This document shows, piece after piece, positions 12,492 to 25,041 of a stretch of DNA of 45,823 bases (positions are counted from its first letter, which is position 1; each line of letters starts with the position of its first letter). The notes below the pieces were generated by a model, which ran no database searches, was not told the origin of the DNA, and worked only from the letters and a program-made list of their open reading frames with translations. This stretch comes from Octopus bimaculoides (lineage: Eukaryota). The stretch spans positions 2,721,682-2,767,504 of the forward strand of contig NC_069006.1 of NCBI RefSeq assembly GCF_001194135.2, written 5' to 3'. The translations under genes and the position numbers were made by a program.

Positions 12492-12494
<3 letters not shown>

Positions 12495-12633
12495 TGGGTT
12501 GTCCAGAAAGTTCGTGCCGATTTTTAAAGGNNNNNNNNNNATACCCTCTTCCCAGAATTGAGGTGGTTTCATGGCAAATAAGGCGAAAGGTAAGCTACAA
12601 TAAATCGGTATGAACTTTCCAGACAACCCAATA
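12492..12633. mobile_element. Tc1/mariner MITE
   Basis: About 30-bp TIRs (TTGGGTTGTCCAGAAAGTTCGTGCCGATTT / AAATCGGTATGAACTTTCCAGACAACCCAA) flanked by TA. Confidence 0.85.
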
Positions 12634-13123
12634 CATGCGTGCCTACAGGCTCAAATGCACATACACCAATGAAATAGAACCTCATGAGCATTCCAAGTAT
12701 TTGATCAACGGAACTACCTATTCCTTGTATACTCATCACCACATAATCAAGATATATTATACACACCATATACTTAATATATACATTACCTTCATTACAT
12801 TGTTATGATGAAAAGAAAAATACAAGGCAGACACTTTATGGCAAGGAATAATGGAAGATAACATCTCAAGTTTTGAACAGAGAATAAATTATCATCGAAC
12901 ATTCTCATTTCAAGCTGATATAGGATATTATCTATAATAGTATTTTTTTCATTGGATCATGGATTCTACCAAACGCATTCTTATTTTACTCTGATCTTTC
13001 TCTCATTCTCCACAAACTGGAATACACCAATATTTTCAATTCGGGATTTTCTTTCTAACTTCTCCCCTCTCTATTGACGGTTTATTCCTTACTCAATATG
13101 ATGACCCCCCCCCCCTACATTTG

Positions 13124-13690
13124 TTCAGTACTATATTTATGAGATGAGGAATTACGTACATTATTTACATTATTTTCATTATTTACATTTGACGGATATT
13201 TGTCCTCATCTGTGGTAGGTTATACAAAGGCGAAACATGTCACCCCCTCAAAATAAGGGGAGAGGAACACCACAAAGCTGTGACACGAGGAGATATTGAT
13301 AAATCGAGTATAGCTGATCATGTATGGAAAAATGGAGATCACCTCCTCTTGTGGGATGAAGTTAAAATAATATAGACAGAGAAAACCGCTGGAAAATACG
13401 AAAACTAAAAGAAGCAGCACATATGCTAGGGCACAACAACCTCCTAAGCAGACTGAGGGCAGATATGAATAGCATATGGGACTCGGTATTAAGGAAGAAT
13501 AGGAAAATATTAGATTTATAAGCCCTAAAAATTCACTTCATAATTGCCCACGGAGCATATGGCGTAGTGGTTAAGAGCGTGGGTTTCTAACCCCAAGATT
13601 CCGAGTTCGATTCCAGGCAGTGACCTGAATAATAATAATAAGAAGAAGAAGAATAACATAGAAAATATACAAACATGATGAGGACAAACA
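13124..13690 (+). mobile_element. Penelope-like element remnant: GIY-YIG endonuclease C-terminal half (13211-13521), tRNA-like cassette and terminal repeat fragments
   Basis: Translates CGRLYKGETCHPLKIRGEEHHKAVTRGDIDKSSIADHVWKNGDHLLLWDEVKII/DRENRWKIRKLKEAAHM... with one frameshift. Not in the ORF track. Confidence 0.8.
13549..13625 (+). other. tRNA-derived Pol III promoter-like cassette (not a functional tRNA)
   Basis: A-box TGGCGTAGTGG (13560-13570) and B-box GTTCGATTCC (13606-13615). The acceptor stem is poor. Followed by (AAT)n. Confidence 0.6.
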
Positions 13691-13739
13691 TACATACATA
13701 TCTATATATATATATATATGTGTGTGTGCATATATATTG

Positions 13740-13920
13740 TTTTATTCTGTTATTCTTTTACTTCATTCGGCCATGCACGAGCTGCTTTTAGTGCTTTTAG
13801 TCGGACAAATCGATGTTATGACTGTAAGCGTAGTACTTATTCCATCGCTAAGTTAGGGGACGTAAACACACCAACATCGGTTGTCAAGCGATGGGGGGGG
13901 GGGGAACAAATACAGAAACA
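13740..13920 (-). mobile_element. 3' half of a tRNA-derived SINE, antisense copy
   Basis: Reverse complement of the 31550-31730 region. Confidence 0.7.
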
Positions 13921-13969
13921 CAAACATATACATATACATACACATACACATGTATAAACGTATATGTAC

Positions 13970-14002
<33 letters not shown>

Positions 14003-14099
14003 CATATATATATATATACATACATACATATATATATACACACACATATATGTATGCATATATACACGTGCACACACATATATATACACAGGCACACAC

Positions 14100-14320
14100 T
14101 CATTGGACTTCTTTTAGTTTCTGTTCACCAAATTCTCTCATCAGACATTTGTTTCCGTCTTGCAGTTTATGTGACAACCTCACCAAGTATTGGTGAGAGG
14201 AAAGGCATCCAGTGGTAAGAAAACATGCCAAGAGAGACGATGGACCACCATACAACCCAGATCCTGCAGAACTGGCCAACCCATGCCAGTATGGAAAACT
14301 GATGTTAAAGAATGACGAAT
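14100..14320 (+). mobile_element. SINE remnant with an RTE-type (GAT)n tail
   Basis: ggaaaggcatccag...ccaacccatgccagtatggaaa...gttaaa followed by gatgatga. Confidence 0.6.
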
Positions 14321-15060
14321 GATGATGACTGATGATTGATGATGATGACTGATGATGATTGATGGTGATTGATGATGACTGATGATGACTGACGATGATT
14401 GATGATGACTGACGATGATTGATGGTGACTGACGGTGATTGATGATGATTGATGGTGACTGGCAATGATTGATGACTGATGGTGATTGATGATGTCTGAT
14501 GGTAATTGATGATGACTGATGACGGTGATTGATGATGACTGACGGTGATTGATGATGATTGATGATGACTGATGGTGATTGATGATGACTGATGGTGATT
14601 GATGATGACTGATGGTGATTGATGATGACTGACGGTAATTGATGTTGACTGATGGTGATTGATGTTGACTGATGGTGATTGATGTTGACTGATGGTGATT
14701 GATGATGATTGATGGTGATTGATGATGACTGACGGTGATTGATGATGATTGATGTGACTGGCAATGATTGATGATGACTGGTGGTGATTGATGATGACTG
14801 ACGGTGATTGATGATGACTGATGGTGATTGATGGTGATTGATGATGACTGACGGTGGTTGATGATTGATGGTGATTGATGGTGATTGATGATGACTGATG
14901 GTGATTGATGTTGACTGATGATGATTGATGGTGATGACTGACGATGATTGATGGTTACTGACGGTGATTGATGATGACTGATGGTGATTGATGATGACTG
15001 ATGGTGATTGGTGATGATTGATGGTGACTGATGGTGACTGATGATGACTGATGGTGATTG
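14319..15060. repeat. Minisatellite of about 740 bp made of 10-nt variant units (GATGATGACT / GATGGTGATT / GACGGTGATT / GATGTTGACT)
   Basis: Read directly. Confidence 0.95.
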
Positions 15061-16111
15061 AAATCGTTTGGAATATATATTTAAAGAAATGTTTTTCTCA
15101 AATTTGACCCGATTGTAATTGAGGTTGCTAATAAAAAATCTGGCTATTTTTTGTTTAACAAAGTTCTTTTCTCTCTTGAAGTGCAAGTGAATTTTTGCCA
15201 CGCTCATATATCTAATTTGATTATTTTCAAGTTTCAAACAATGACGTCTAAAATGGAGTAAAATGAATAATGTCTAACTTCAATTATTTCTTCTCTTTTA
15301 CTGCGAGAGAAGGCCCCAGTAGATCGTGAAGAATCTATAGAGAATATTTTATGCTGAGGTTTTTAGATTTAAGTCAGTTTCGCTATGTACATAAAATGCA
15401 TATGATGTGCCATCTTTTCGTGATCCTCTTTCATTTCACCAAGGAATTTTTTAATCTTGCTGTATTTCTGATATCTCTGATGTCTAAGGAGGGGTATTGT
15501 TACGTAGAAGAAATAAATTTATATTAATTTGTTATTTGTATGCTAAAAGTAAACGGAGATAATTTTCTGAAATGGTGTTCTAAATTTGTTTATTACTCTT
15601 TTAATGCATTTAGAGAAATCATTTGCTAAACTGATATAGTTATTCTATGGTAGTGACTATTTGTGGAATACATATTTAAAAATATCAAACTGCAGTAAAT
15701 ATTAATCATTGTGCCCTACCTACCTGAAATATGACTACAAACGGAGCACGGATACGCTATATTTTGGGGTACCTTCATAAATAGCCAAAACGGCGCATAA
15801 TGGAAAATACTCCAGAAGTAACATAACCCTGAAAGGGAAGAAATCAAACCTTTTGATTAGCAAGAGACATTAAGATCAATGTTTTCAGTATATACATATA
15901 CATGTATATACTAGGCTACCTGTGACCAGGTGGGTCACTGACGTTTCAAGTTATAAAACATTGAAGCTGGTTTCAACATTGCATTGAAATGAAAGATAAT
16001 TTTATGTTGATTCAGTTAAATATTTCAAATCGTTTGTGTAATCATAGGTCTGGTTCATGTTGATGGTTTTATTGATTATATATATATGTGTGTTTGTGTG
16101 TATGTGTGTGT

Positions 16112-16490
16112 GGAGGCGCAATGGCTCAGTGCATCGGGCAGCAGAGTGGCAGTCGTAGAATCGGGGTTTCGATTGCAAGACCGGGCGTTGTGAGTGTGTA
16201 TTGAGCGAAAACACCTAAAGCTCCAAGAGGCTACGGTAGGGGCGGGGTGGCATCCCTGCTGTACTCTTTCTGCACACGTTTCTCTCACTCTTTCTTCCTG
16301 TTTCTCTTGTACCTGTATTTGAAAGGGCCAACCTTGTCATACTCTGTGTCAGGCTATATCTCCCCCGAGAACTATGTTAAGGGTACATATATCTGTGGAG
16401 TGCTTAGCTACCTGCACGTTAGTTTCACGAGCAGGCTGTTCCGTTTATCGGATCAACTCGAACACTCGTCGTCGTAACCGACGGAGTGCC
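16112..16490 (+). mobile_element. Near full-length tRNA-derived SINE (second family)
   Basis: GGAGGCGCAATGGCTCAGTG head, B-box-like GTTTCGATT, and 3' end gtcgtaaccgacggagtgcc. Confidence 0.75.
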
Positions 16491-16537
16491 ACGATTTATA
16501 TATATATATATATGTATGTATGTATATATATACACAC

Positions 16538-16571
<34 letters not shown>

Positions 16572-16592
16572 TATTTAAAAGAGTTCCAACTC

Positions 16593-16887
16593 TGTTTTTT
16601 ATGTTTTATTTATATTCTTATATTAATTAATGTGAGATATAGAATATGGAATATATAATATAATATAAATAGTAAAATGAAATGAAGTATTGAATGTCTT
16701 ATTGAATATATGAAATATTGAATATTAAATATAGAGAATTAAATATATAAAGGCTAGTATATACTTTCATGCCTATTGGCATTCATCAAGGCCCCGTCAT
16801 TTCATTTTACTATTTATATTATATTATATATTCCATATTCTATATCCCACATCAATTTTATAAGAATATAAATAAAACATAAAAACA
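16593..16887. repeat. AT-rich inverted repeat (arms of about 92 nt, spacer about 110 nt) running into a gap
   Basis: 16593-16685 versus the reverse complement of 16797-16887 is near identical. Confidence 0.9.
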
Positions 16888-17283
16888 NNNNNNNNNNNNN
16901 NNNNNNNNNNNNNNNNNNNNNNNNNNNNNNNNNNNNNNNNNNNNNNNNNNNNNNNNNNNNNNNNNNNNNNNNNNNNNNNNNNNNNNNNNNNNNNNNNNNN
17001 NNNNNNNNNNNNNNNNNNNNNNNNNNNNNNNNNNNNNNNNNNNNNNNNNNNNNNNNNNNNNNNNNNNNNNNNNNNNNNNNNNNNNNNNNNNNNNNNNNNN
17101 NNNNNNNNNNNNNNNNNNNNNNNNNNNNNNNNNNNNNNNNNNNNNNNNNNNNNNNNNNNNNNNNNNNNNNNNNNNNNNNNNNNNNNNNNNNNNNNNNNNN
17201 NNNNNNNNNNNNNNNNNNNNNNNNNNNNNNNNNNNNNNNNNNNNNNNNNNNNNNNNNNNNNNNNNNNNNNNNNNNNNNNNNNN

Positions 17284-17321
<38 letters not shown>

Positions 17322-17525
17322 GAGGTGGTGTTGTAAAAGTTTCTGATGTGATGACTGTAGCAAAATCCTGGTTGGAGGCCAACATACCAGGATTTTTCTA
17401 TATATATATACAGATACATATAAACATTTATACGTACACATGCATGTACTCTAGATAGATAAATACAGAAAGTACAATTATGCTAGAATTGTGCAGTTAA
17501 GAGAACAAATGCCAAAATAACGTAC

Positions 17526-17614
17526 GAAGTTCCAATCGGGTACATCCTAAGTGTTTCATCCATGCACATGTCGAGGTAAGGTAACTTCTGAACATTGTCA
17601 TAATCGGGAAGATC
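17526..17614 (-). CDS. CYP3A-like: P450 exon 11, K-helix (DLPDYDNVQKLPYLDMCMDETLRMYPIGT-S)
   Basis: ttccag|GAT and TC|gtacgt. Contains ExxR. Confidence 0.96.
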
Positions 17615-17639
17615 CTGGAACACAAAAGGAAAATGTGTC

Positions 17640-18116
17640 ACAAAAAGATCCCCTTCGATCATGAATGACCTACGGATTGCACCTAGAAAGTTACCCTGCG
17701 AGGCACAAGTCCGGGCAAGGTTGTTTATGGAAGACCATGCATAACAGTGTCCTCTCTCCACGCCATTATGTGTTCCTTGGGTAAAGGGTAAAGATCCTCT
17801 TCGGTCATCAATGACCTTAGGATTGCATCTAGAATGCTCCCCTCTGAGGCACAAGTCTGGGCGAGACCAGCAATCGCCCATACATACCAGGCTCCCCTCC
17901 CTACGCCACTGATGTTATCCAAGGGAAAGGCAAAGGCCAATACAGCTTGGCCGATATAGATTCGCCCCAGTGACATTGCAACTCATTTCTACGGCTGAGT
18001 GAACTGAAGCAACGTAAAATAAAGTGACTTGCTGAAAAACACAACACAAAGTCCGATTGGGGATTCGAGCTCACTACCTCATGATTATGAGCCCGACGCT
18101 CAAACTACTGAGCCAT
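17640..18116 (-). mobile_element. tRNA/core-type SINE with a tandemly duplicated 3' segment
   Basis: Head atggctcagtagtttgagcgtcggg at the right end. The aaagatcc..ttcg.tcat..atgacc...gaggcacaagtc segment occurs twice. Confidence 0.75.
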
Positions 18117-18499
18117 AACAATATACGTTATGTGTCTGAGCAAGATACATTATTATCCCTTCCTCCAGTTTACTCATACGAAAATCGGTAGCAAGAGAGG
18201 ACAGAAGCAGCTTTCATTCTCCCTGACAGTTACTGCATATGCTGTAGGGTCAAAGAGTGAGGAAGTAGAAGGGATGTCTAGGTCTGCTCATAACGACATT
18301 TTCATCTAAAACAATTAGCGAAAGTATACTAGTTTGACAAGACACAGTNNNNNNNNNNNNNNNNNNNNNNNNNNNNNNNNNNNNNNNNNNNNNNNNNNNN
18401 NNNNNNNNNNNNNNNNNNNNNNNNNNNNNNNNNNNNNNNNNNNNNNNNNNNNNNNNNNNNNNNNNNNNNNNNNNNNNNNNNNNNNNNNNNNNNNNNNNN

Positions 18500-18545
<46 letters not shown>

Positions 18546-19052
18546 CATCAGTATTACATATATAAAATATGTAATACTGTCTGTTCCTAATGCATTCTCA
18601 AACGGTGCAACCAAGTCAACTTAAATTCTACATGGTCATACTATGAGACCTCAGGAGTAAAACGATAAAACATTGGCACTGGTTCCGTGTCACGTCTCAT
18701 AATTCGAAGACAAAAAGTCTATGTATATGTATATATATATATATATATGATGAGCTTTTGTTTTCAGTTTCTGTCTACCATATCCACTCATGAGGTTTTG
18801 ATAGGCTCGAGGCAATAGTAGAAGGCATTTGTCCAAGGTGCCACGGAGTGGGACAGAACCCGGAACCACGTGATTAGGGAGAAGCAAACTTCTGTAAAAT
18901 TTATTCACAGTTCATTCATGTACAGCTGATTCACTAATTTAATTAAATACGTTTATTGAAGTCATTAAAAATAAAATACAAGGGCAGCATATTTTAGTAG
19001 AAATACGATAACAAAAGAATGAAATCAACGAGGAATTTGATAATATGCTTAC

Positions 19053-19210
19053 CTCTCCCAATACTTCTACAATCTCTTCGTACAATTTTTGCTGATTTTC
19101 AGGGTTAGTTGCCATTAAATGCGTGAAGAATGTGAGAGTAGACGCAGTAGTTTCGTAACCAGCTAAGAAAATTACAACACTCTGGGCCAAGATTTCATCG
19201 TCGGTAATTC
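19053..19210 (-). CDS. CYP3A-like: P450 exon 10, I-helix (ITDDEILAQSVVIFLAGYETTASTLTFFTHLMATNPENQQKLYEEIVEVLGE)
   Basis: ctcatag|GA and GAG|gtaagc. Contains AGYETT. Confidence 0.97.
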
Positions 19211-20849
19211 CTATGAGAAAAGAAAACAAGTAATTATTAGTTGTGTTCCGTCCTATTAATTACTCATCAACAGCATTTAGAATACGTACAACACTGAATG
19301 CTAGCTTCGACTTTAGAGTTTATAAGTATGTACAATACTCTGTTTTAATCTTCCCAGAGTCATGAGAGTATGTAAGATCGTATATAAACGTCATCTTTAC
19401 AACGTACCGGATTTGGGACATGAAGCTTCTGCACACGCACACGCACACACACACACACACACNNNNNNNNNNNNNNNNNNNNNNNNNNNNNNNNNNNNNN
19501 NNNNNNNNNNNNNNNNNNNNNNNNNNNNNNNNNNNNNNNNNNNNNNNNNNNNNNNNNNNNNNNNNNNNNNNNNNNNNNNNNNNNNNNNNNNNNNNNNNNN
19601 NNNNNNNNNNNNNNNNNNNNNNNNNNNNNNNNNNNNNNNNNNNNNNNNNNNNNNNNNNNNNNNNNNNNNNNNNNNNNNNNNNNNNNNNNNNNNNNNNNNN
19701 NNNNNNNNNNNNNNNNNNNNNNNNNNNNNNNNNNNNNNNNNNNNNNNNNNNNNNNNNNNNNNNNNNNNNNNNNNNNNNNNNNNNNNNNNNNNNNNNNNNN
19801 NNNNNNNNNNNNNNNNNNNNNNNNNNNNNNNNNNNNNNNNNNNNNNNNNNNNNNNNNNNNNNNATATATATATATATACGATGAACTTCCACATAGTTTT
19901 CATGTACTAAATTCCCTCACAAGGCATTGGTGGGCTCAAGGTACCATACAATAATAGAACTGAACCCGAAACCATGTGTTTACTGTATATGAATTGTATA
20001 AATTGTTTTCTTCTATAGCATCTGCACAAGATGAAACTTGGTCTCTGATATTCTGTATTTCCAAACCTACAAATGTAGACCACCCACGTCAGATATTGCT
20101 GTGCAAAGGAAACAATGCAAATCTTAGACGACAAAATAAATTATATACAGATAATTAAATACAGGTTTTATACGCAAAGAAAAGTAATATATTAATAGAA
20201 AAGCAGAGTATCCAAAGAAAATTAACGTTCCTTTTACAACATTCAACAGCATATTTTCCGGACATATTTAGTGAATGTGAAAACCATACGGAATTCGAAA
20301 TCGGAGATTTTCATAAAATGCAAACACCTCAGCGAGCCTCTACTGTAGAATCATAGAAACAACACCCTGATTAAGTGTGCAGTCTTAAAAACGATGAACT
20401 TTCTTCAACGAATTAACCGCATCAACATATTGTATAATAGAGACATATAAATGTACATGTGTATACATATGTGCGTGTGCTTGTCTACGTGTGTTTATGT
20501 CTATGCATATATATATTTAATAATGAAGAATATTTGAGGTGGATAAATTAGATTTAGCTCGTATATAAATGTTAACATTCGTATCTATCTTTATGGATAC
20601 GCGTTATTCGTATGCCTATGTATAAATGTTTATAATTATGTGCACTTTGTCATACCTTACTGATTAAGGTAAGGTGATTTTATATCTCCAAACTAGAAAT
20701 CGATCTATGATTAAACCGTTTTGTAACATTTTTATTTGCTCACTTTCTTCGCTTTACATGGGTGCTAATGTAGTAAATAGCTGTAGTTGTTAGAGCCATT
20801 TGACATCCATTTCTAGTATGTGGCGCTTTTCATTCGTGCCCTTATCATT

Positions 20850-20881
<32 letters not shown>

Positions 20882-21207
20882 TATATATATATACATACAT
20901 ATATATATATGTGTGTGTGTGTGTGTGTATATATTTATATATATAAATATATATATATACATACACACATATATATGTACATATATATATATATGTGTGT
21001 GTGAGTGTGAATGTATTTATGTTTGTATGTATGTATGTATATATGTATGTATGTGTGTATGTGTATTCGTCCGTGTACCTCTGTTCGTGTTCATGTATAT
21101 TAATATATATGAATTTTATATGTATGCCCAGACTTAAAACACGTGCCAAATATAAAATATACTCTAAAATACAAATGGCGGTTTTCCTGAATCTACATTA
21201 CACTTAC

Positions 21208-21328
21208 CTCTCTTTGTTCGCCAGTCAGTTATATTTTCCAAATGAAGTTCCTTCTCCTCTTCTGGGTCCAATTTCTCATGCCCCTTCAACTGAGCCTTTA
21301 TCATAAGATTTAAAAGGTTGTTATGCAT
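21208..21328 (-). CDS. CYP3A-like: P450 exon 9 (MHNNLLNLMIKAQLKGHEKLDPEEEKELHLENITDWRTKR-G)
   Basis: tttgcag|ATG and G|gtaagt. LLNLMI H-helix followed by a charged loop. Confidence 0.92.
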
Positions 21329-22636
21329 CTGCAAAATATGCAAAAACATTGATATAAGTTTTCATAAATACAGAGAAACTAAAACGGTTCACATACATAA
21401 TTATATATAAGTTTATATGTCAAAGAAGATTATACAAGCTGATCACAATATTTGCCGAGGTGTAATGAGCGCTTCCTTTCGATTCTTAAATATACAAAAA
21501 AATGCTCTTCGTCTAATGCGGCCGTATTACGAATGGAAGACCAAATGTTGTAGGAGAGAGAGTGGAAATGCAGACATCCGCTCGACACAATAATCGATAG
21601 TGATAATAAAATATTGAAACCAGTTGAAATGTGACAAAATATGACGGTCTTTAACTACGACCTTATGAAAGATTGCTTAGGGAAGGTCGGCGATTATATA
21701 ATGTGGTCATATCATTTCATTCACCATTAAGAAATATTTGTTTATCTAAAAGTATTAAAGGAAGCTTCACTTTTATCTTCCTGTCAGCTATTTTCAATGA
21801 ATGAATGACAATAAAACCATAGTGATTGTGTACCATTCTGGTGGTCGATGGAGCAACACAAAACATCATGCCTCAAAAGTATGAATCTGCATGGTTGTTC
21901 TGTTGAACAAAATATATACAATTATGCAGTTGATTCGAAAGAAGATAAAGCTGAAATATTGTCCTACCCACAACGTAGTTTATTTATGATAAACTTGTGA
22001 TTTCATTTATTTTTTTTATACTGACACAGCATGGAGTTCACAAGTACAGAATTATAAATTTTCTTCTTCAAAACCTCTTTAAGATATTTTTAAATAATTG
22101 CAAGATAAAACATACTAAATTTCTTTTTGTTACCCACAAAGTATACTTATAGAGGAGGGGTGCATTTTATGTGAGGGTCATCTTATAAACCAGCAAATAC
22201 GATATAATTTAACTTTATATATTTTGTCTCTGTCCTAGGATTTGCATGTCATACGGACATCGCTACGATTTGCTCCAGTCAACACACTACGTCTAACTTG
22301 TCTATTGGAGCAACATCTAACATAAGAACCCTACCAAGCCCATCCCTTTACATTTTTTAAATTCCTATTGAAATACTATCGAATACTAATTCTAAATATC
22401 CTCTGTAGTATTGATCTACTGAATACGGTATTGATATTCCAAATATTTTTCTCTGATATACTTAAATACACAGCATGTTACATTTAAAATTGAGTTTCAA
22501 TGTCCAAACTATGATGAAGAAGATATTTGGCTGTTTTTTCTAGTAAATGAAACGTAAAGGCTACCTAGTGTCATCGATGGTGCAAATCTGCACACATAAG
22601 AAGGTAACAGAATAAAAAAAAAACATCAAAACTTAC

Positions 22637-22770
22637 ATTCTCATTAATTCCTGTTTCTTTTCGTTGTTGTATCAGTTGTTTGCAAAACTTCCTGAAATAT
22701 ATTTGGTTTCCCAAAACAGTTCTTGATAATCCAGATTTTTCTATGAATTTTATTGCAGATGGCAAAACAA
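22637..22770 (-). CDS. CYP3A-like: P450 exon 8 (VLPSAIKFIEKSGLSRTVLGNQIYFRKFCKQLIQQRKETGINEN)
   Basis: ctttctag|TT and AAT|gtaagt. G-helix-like sequence. Confidence 0.92.
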
Positions 22771-22869
22771 CTAGAAAGAAAATGATAAAATTGTGGGGTT
22801 TTTATTTTTTTCCTAATATAGTTAGCGCTATAATGAATATCGTAAATCAAGGTTTTGTATGTGTGATGG

Positions 22870-23070
22870 ACGCTCTATGCAGTTAGAAGTCCAAGCAAGG
22901 CTGTTTGCGGAAGACCAGCAATCACCGGCGAATAAAAGTCTCCTCTCTCCCTTGTTATCCAAAGGCCGATACAGCTTGGCACCAGTAACGTCCAAACATA
23001 TTTCTACAGCTTAGGGAAGAATACGTCACACATCTCTGAATACCTCATATTTGTGAGCCCGACTCTCTAA
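22870..23070 (-). mobile_element. Internally deleted SINE related to 17640-18116
   Basis: Shares gaagaccagcaatc, gttatccaa, gatacagcttggc and gagcccgac segments. Confidence 0.6.
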
Positions 23071-23071
23071 C

Positions 23072-23114
<43 letters not shown>

Positions 23115-24012
23115 ACATTTAAACTTGTATCATCCATTTCTAAGTGAATATACCGTATCACCAGCACGAAGACCATTTCAGCGACTCTACTGCTTAGTTT
23201 TAAAGAAAAGTAAGAATTCCATCGGTTTTCTTTTGCTGAACTGACAAGTTATGTGAAGGAACAAATGCTGGCTTTCAGATGATGAAAAACACNNNNNNNN
23301 NNAGTGAATATACCGTATCACCAGCACGAAGACCATTTCAGCGACTCTACTGCTTAGTTTTAAAGAAAAGTAAGAATTCCATCGGTTTTCTTTTGCTGAA
23401 CTGACAAGTTATGTGAAGGAACAAATGCTGGCTTTCAGATGATGAAAAACACAAACACTGATACACATCCCAGCAGGCACAAAAAAAAAACATATACACT
23501 GACTCGCACGCACACACACATATACACACATACATACACAAACACACACATACACACAGAGACACACACACACGCAAAAACACTGATGCATGCACTTGCA
23601 TGTATGCTTGTGTGTATGTAAGTATATAAGCATGGTGGTTTGTATGTATACATGTATGTATGTGTATAGATGTATGTGCGTATGTATGTTTGTATGTATA
23701 TATGTATGTGTGTATGTATGTGTGTATGGGTGTATGTGTATGTGTGTGCTTGTGTGTATGTATATGCGTATCTGTATTAGTGTGTATGTGTGTATGTATG
23801 TGCCCATGTGTGTATAAATGTAGGTATATGTGTGAGTGTATCACAGGCTTTTTGCACAGTTTCCCCTTACCAAAATCATTCGCAAGATATTGATCAGCTC
23901 AGGGCCATAGTTGGAAGCAACTATCCGTAGAGGTATTGAACCTGAAATCATTTGGTCTCGAATCGAGCATTGTAACTGCACGTTCACACTTGCACCTACC
24001 TTATACATATAT

Positions 24013-24053
<41 letters not shown>

Positions 24054-24069
24054 GCGCACACACACAGAC

Positions 24070-24134
<65 letters not shown>

Positions 24135-24563
24135 TACATATATACGCATATATTTACATATAAATACAAACTTACATATAAACACACACATACACATACA
24201 CGCATACATGTGTATGTAATTTTATGTTTATGTGCGCGAGTGCATAAATATTTATGTATATAGATTACTCTCTCTTTCTCTTTCTCTTTCTCCCTCTCCC
24301 TCTCTCTCAATCTCTCTCTCTCTCTCTCCAGGGGTCGCTAAAATCCTTCAAGATGGCACTCCAGCATGACTGCAGCATGACTGAAACAAGTAAAAGAATA
24401 AAAGAATAACATATCCCACTCATATCGGGGGAGACTCGTTTTAGCCATTCAAAAGACTCCCACATTGTAACTCCTATCATATTCTTATCTCTGTCCCCAT
24501 ACGATCACCAGGTACACAAGTACAACAATGAAATCTTCCAAATCATAGAAAGTCTGTACTAAC

Positions 24564-24712
24564 GCGAAAACAAGAGAGCTGGATTGAAGACACTAAATCT
24601 GAATATATCTCTGGCCTTTTCAACTAGTGCATGATTTGGATCCTTCTGTGAGTCCACCATAATCCCAAATCCTGTGGCAGCTATGACATCCATCGTATAG
24701 GCTGAGAACAAT
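24564..24712 (-). CDS. CYP3A-like: P450 exon 7 (LFSAYTMDVIAATGFGIMVDSQKDPNHALVEKARDIFRFSVFNPALLFS)
   Basis: ttttag|A and C|gttagt. Contains the AYTMDVI...FG...DS motif. Length 149 nt. Confidence 0.96.
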
Positions 24713-24745
24713 CTAAAATAAATAAAAACAAGAAATATCATATAT

Positions 24746-25041
24746 ATGCCAAAACAGTTGAGAGACCTGCAAGACATGAATATAGAGGTCTTCAAAATAA
24801 AACTCGACACTTTCCTCTCCACGATACCAGACGAACCAATGGCTCGAAATGAGACACAGTTTAGGGCAGTGATGTCAAATTCTCTTATACACCAGATGTG
24901 CCATCAAAACTCTTGATTGGACTATACCAGGTGGAGGAGAAGAGCCATGCAAAGAACGTGAGAGCACAGCATAAAGACGGAAAGTCATGGTGGTGCTCCA
25001 GCATGACCGCAGCCACTTGGCTGAAACGCATAAATAAATAA

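Noticed and set aside
13549-13625. Functional tRNA gene (anticodon loop reading TCT)
   Set aside because: The acceptor stem pairs poorly, there is no T-run terminator, and it is embedded in a retroelement.
14319-15060. Possible CRISPR-like array
   Set aside because: Contiguous 10-nt variant units with no unique spacers, in a eukaryotic context.
14180-15237. 194-aa and 310-aa His/Gln/Ser-rich ORFs
   Set aside because: Translation of a stop-free minisatellite, with no supported splice sites into the P450.
23143-23452. Exact 150-bp direct repeat
   Set aside because: Identical copies flank a 10-N gap, typical of an unmerged contig overlap.
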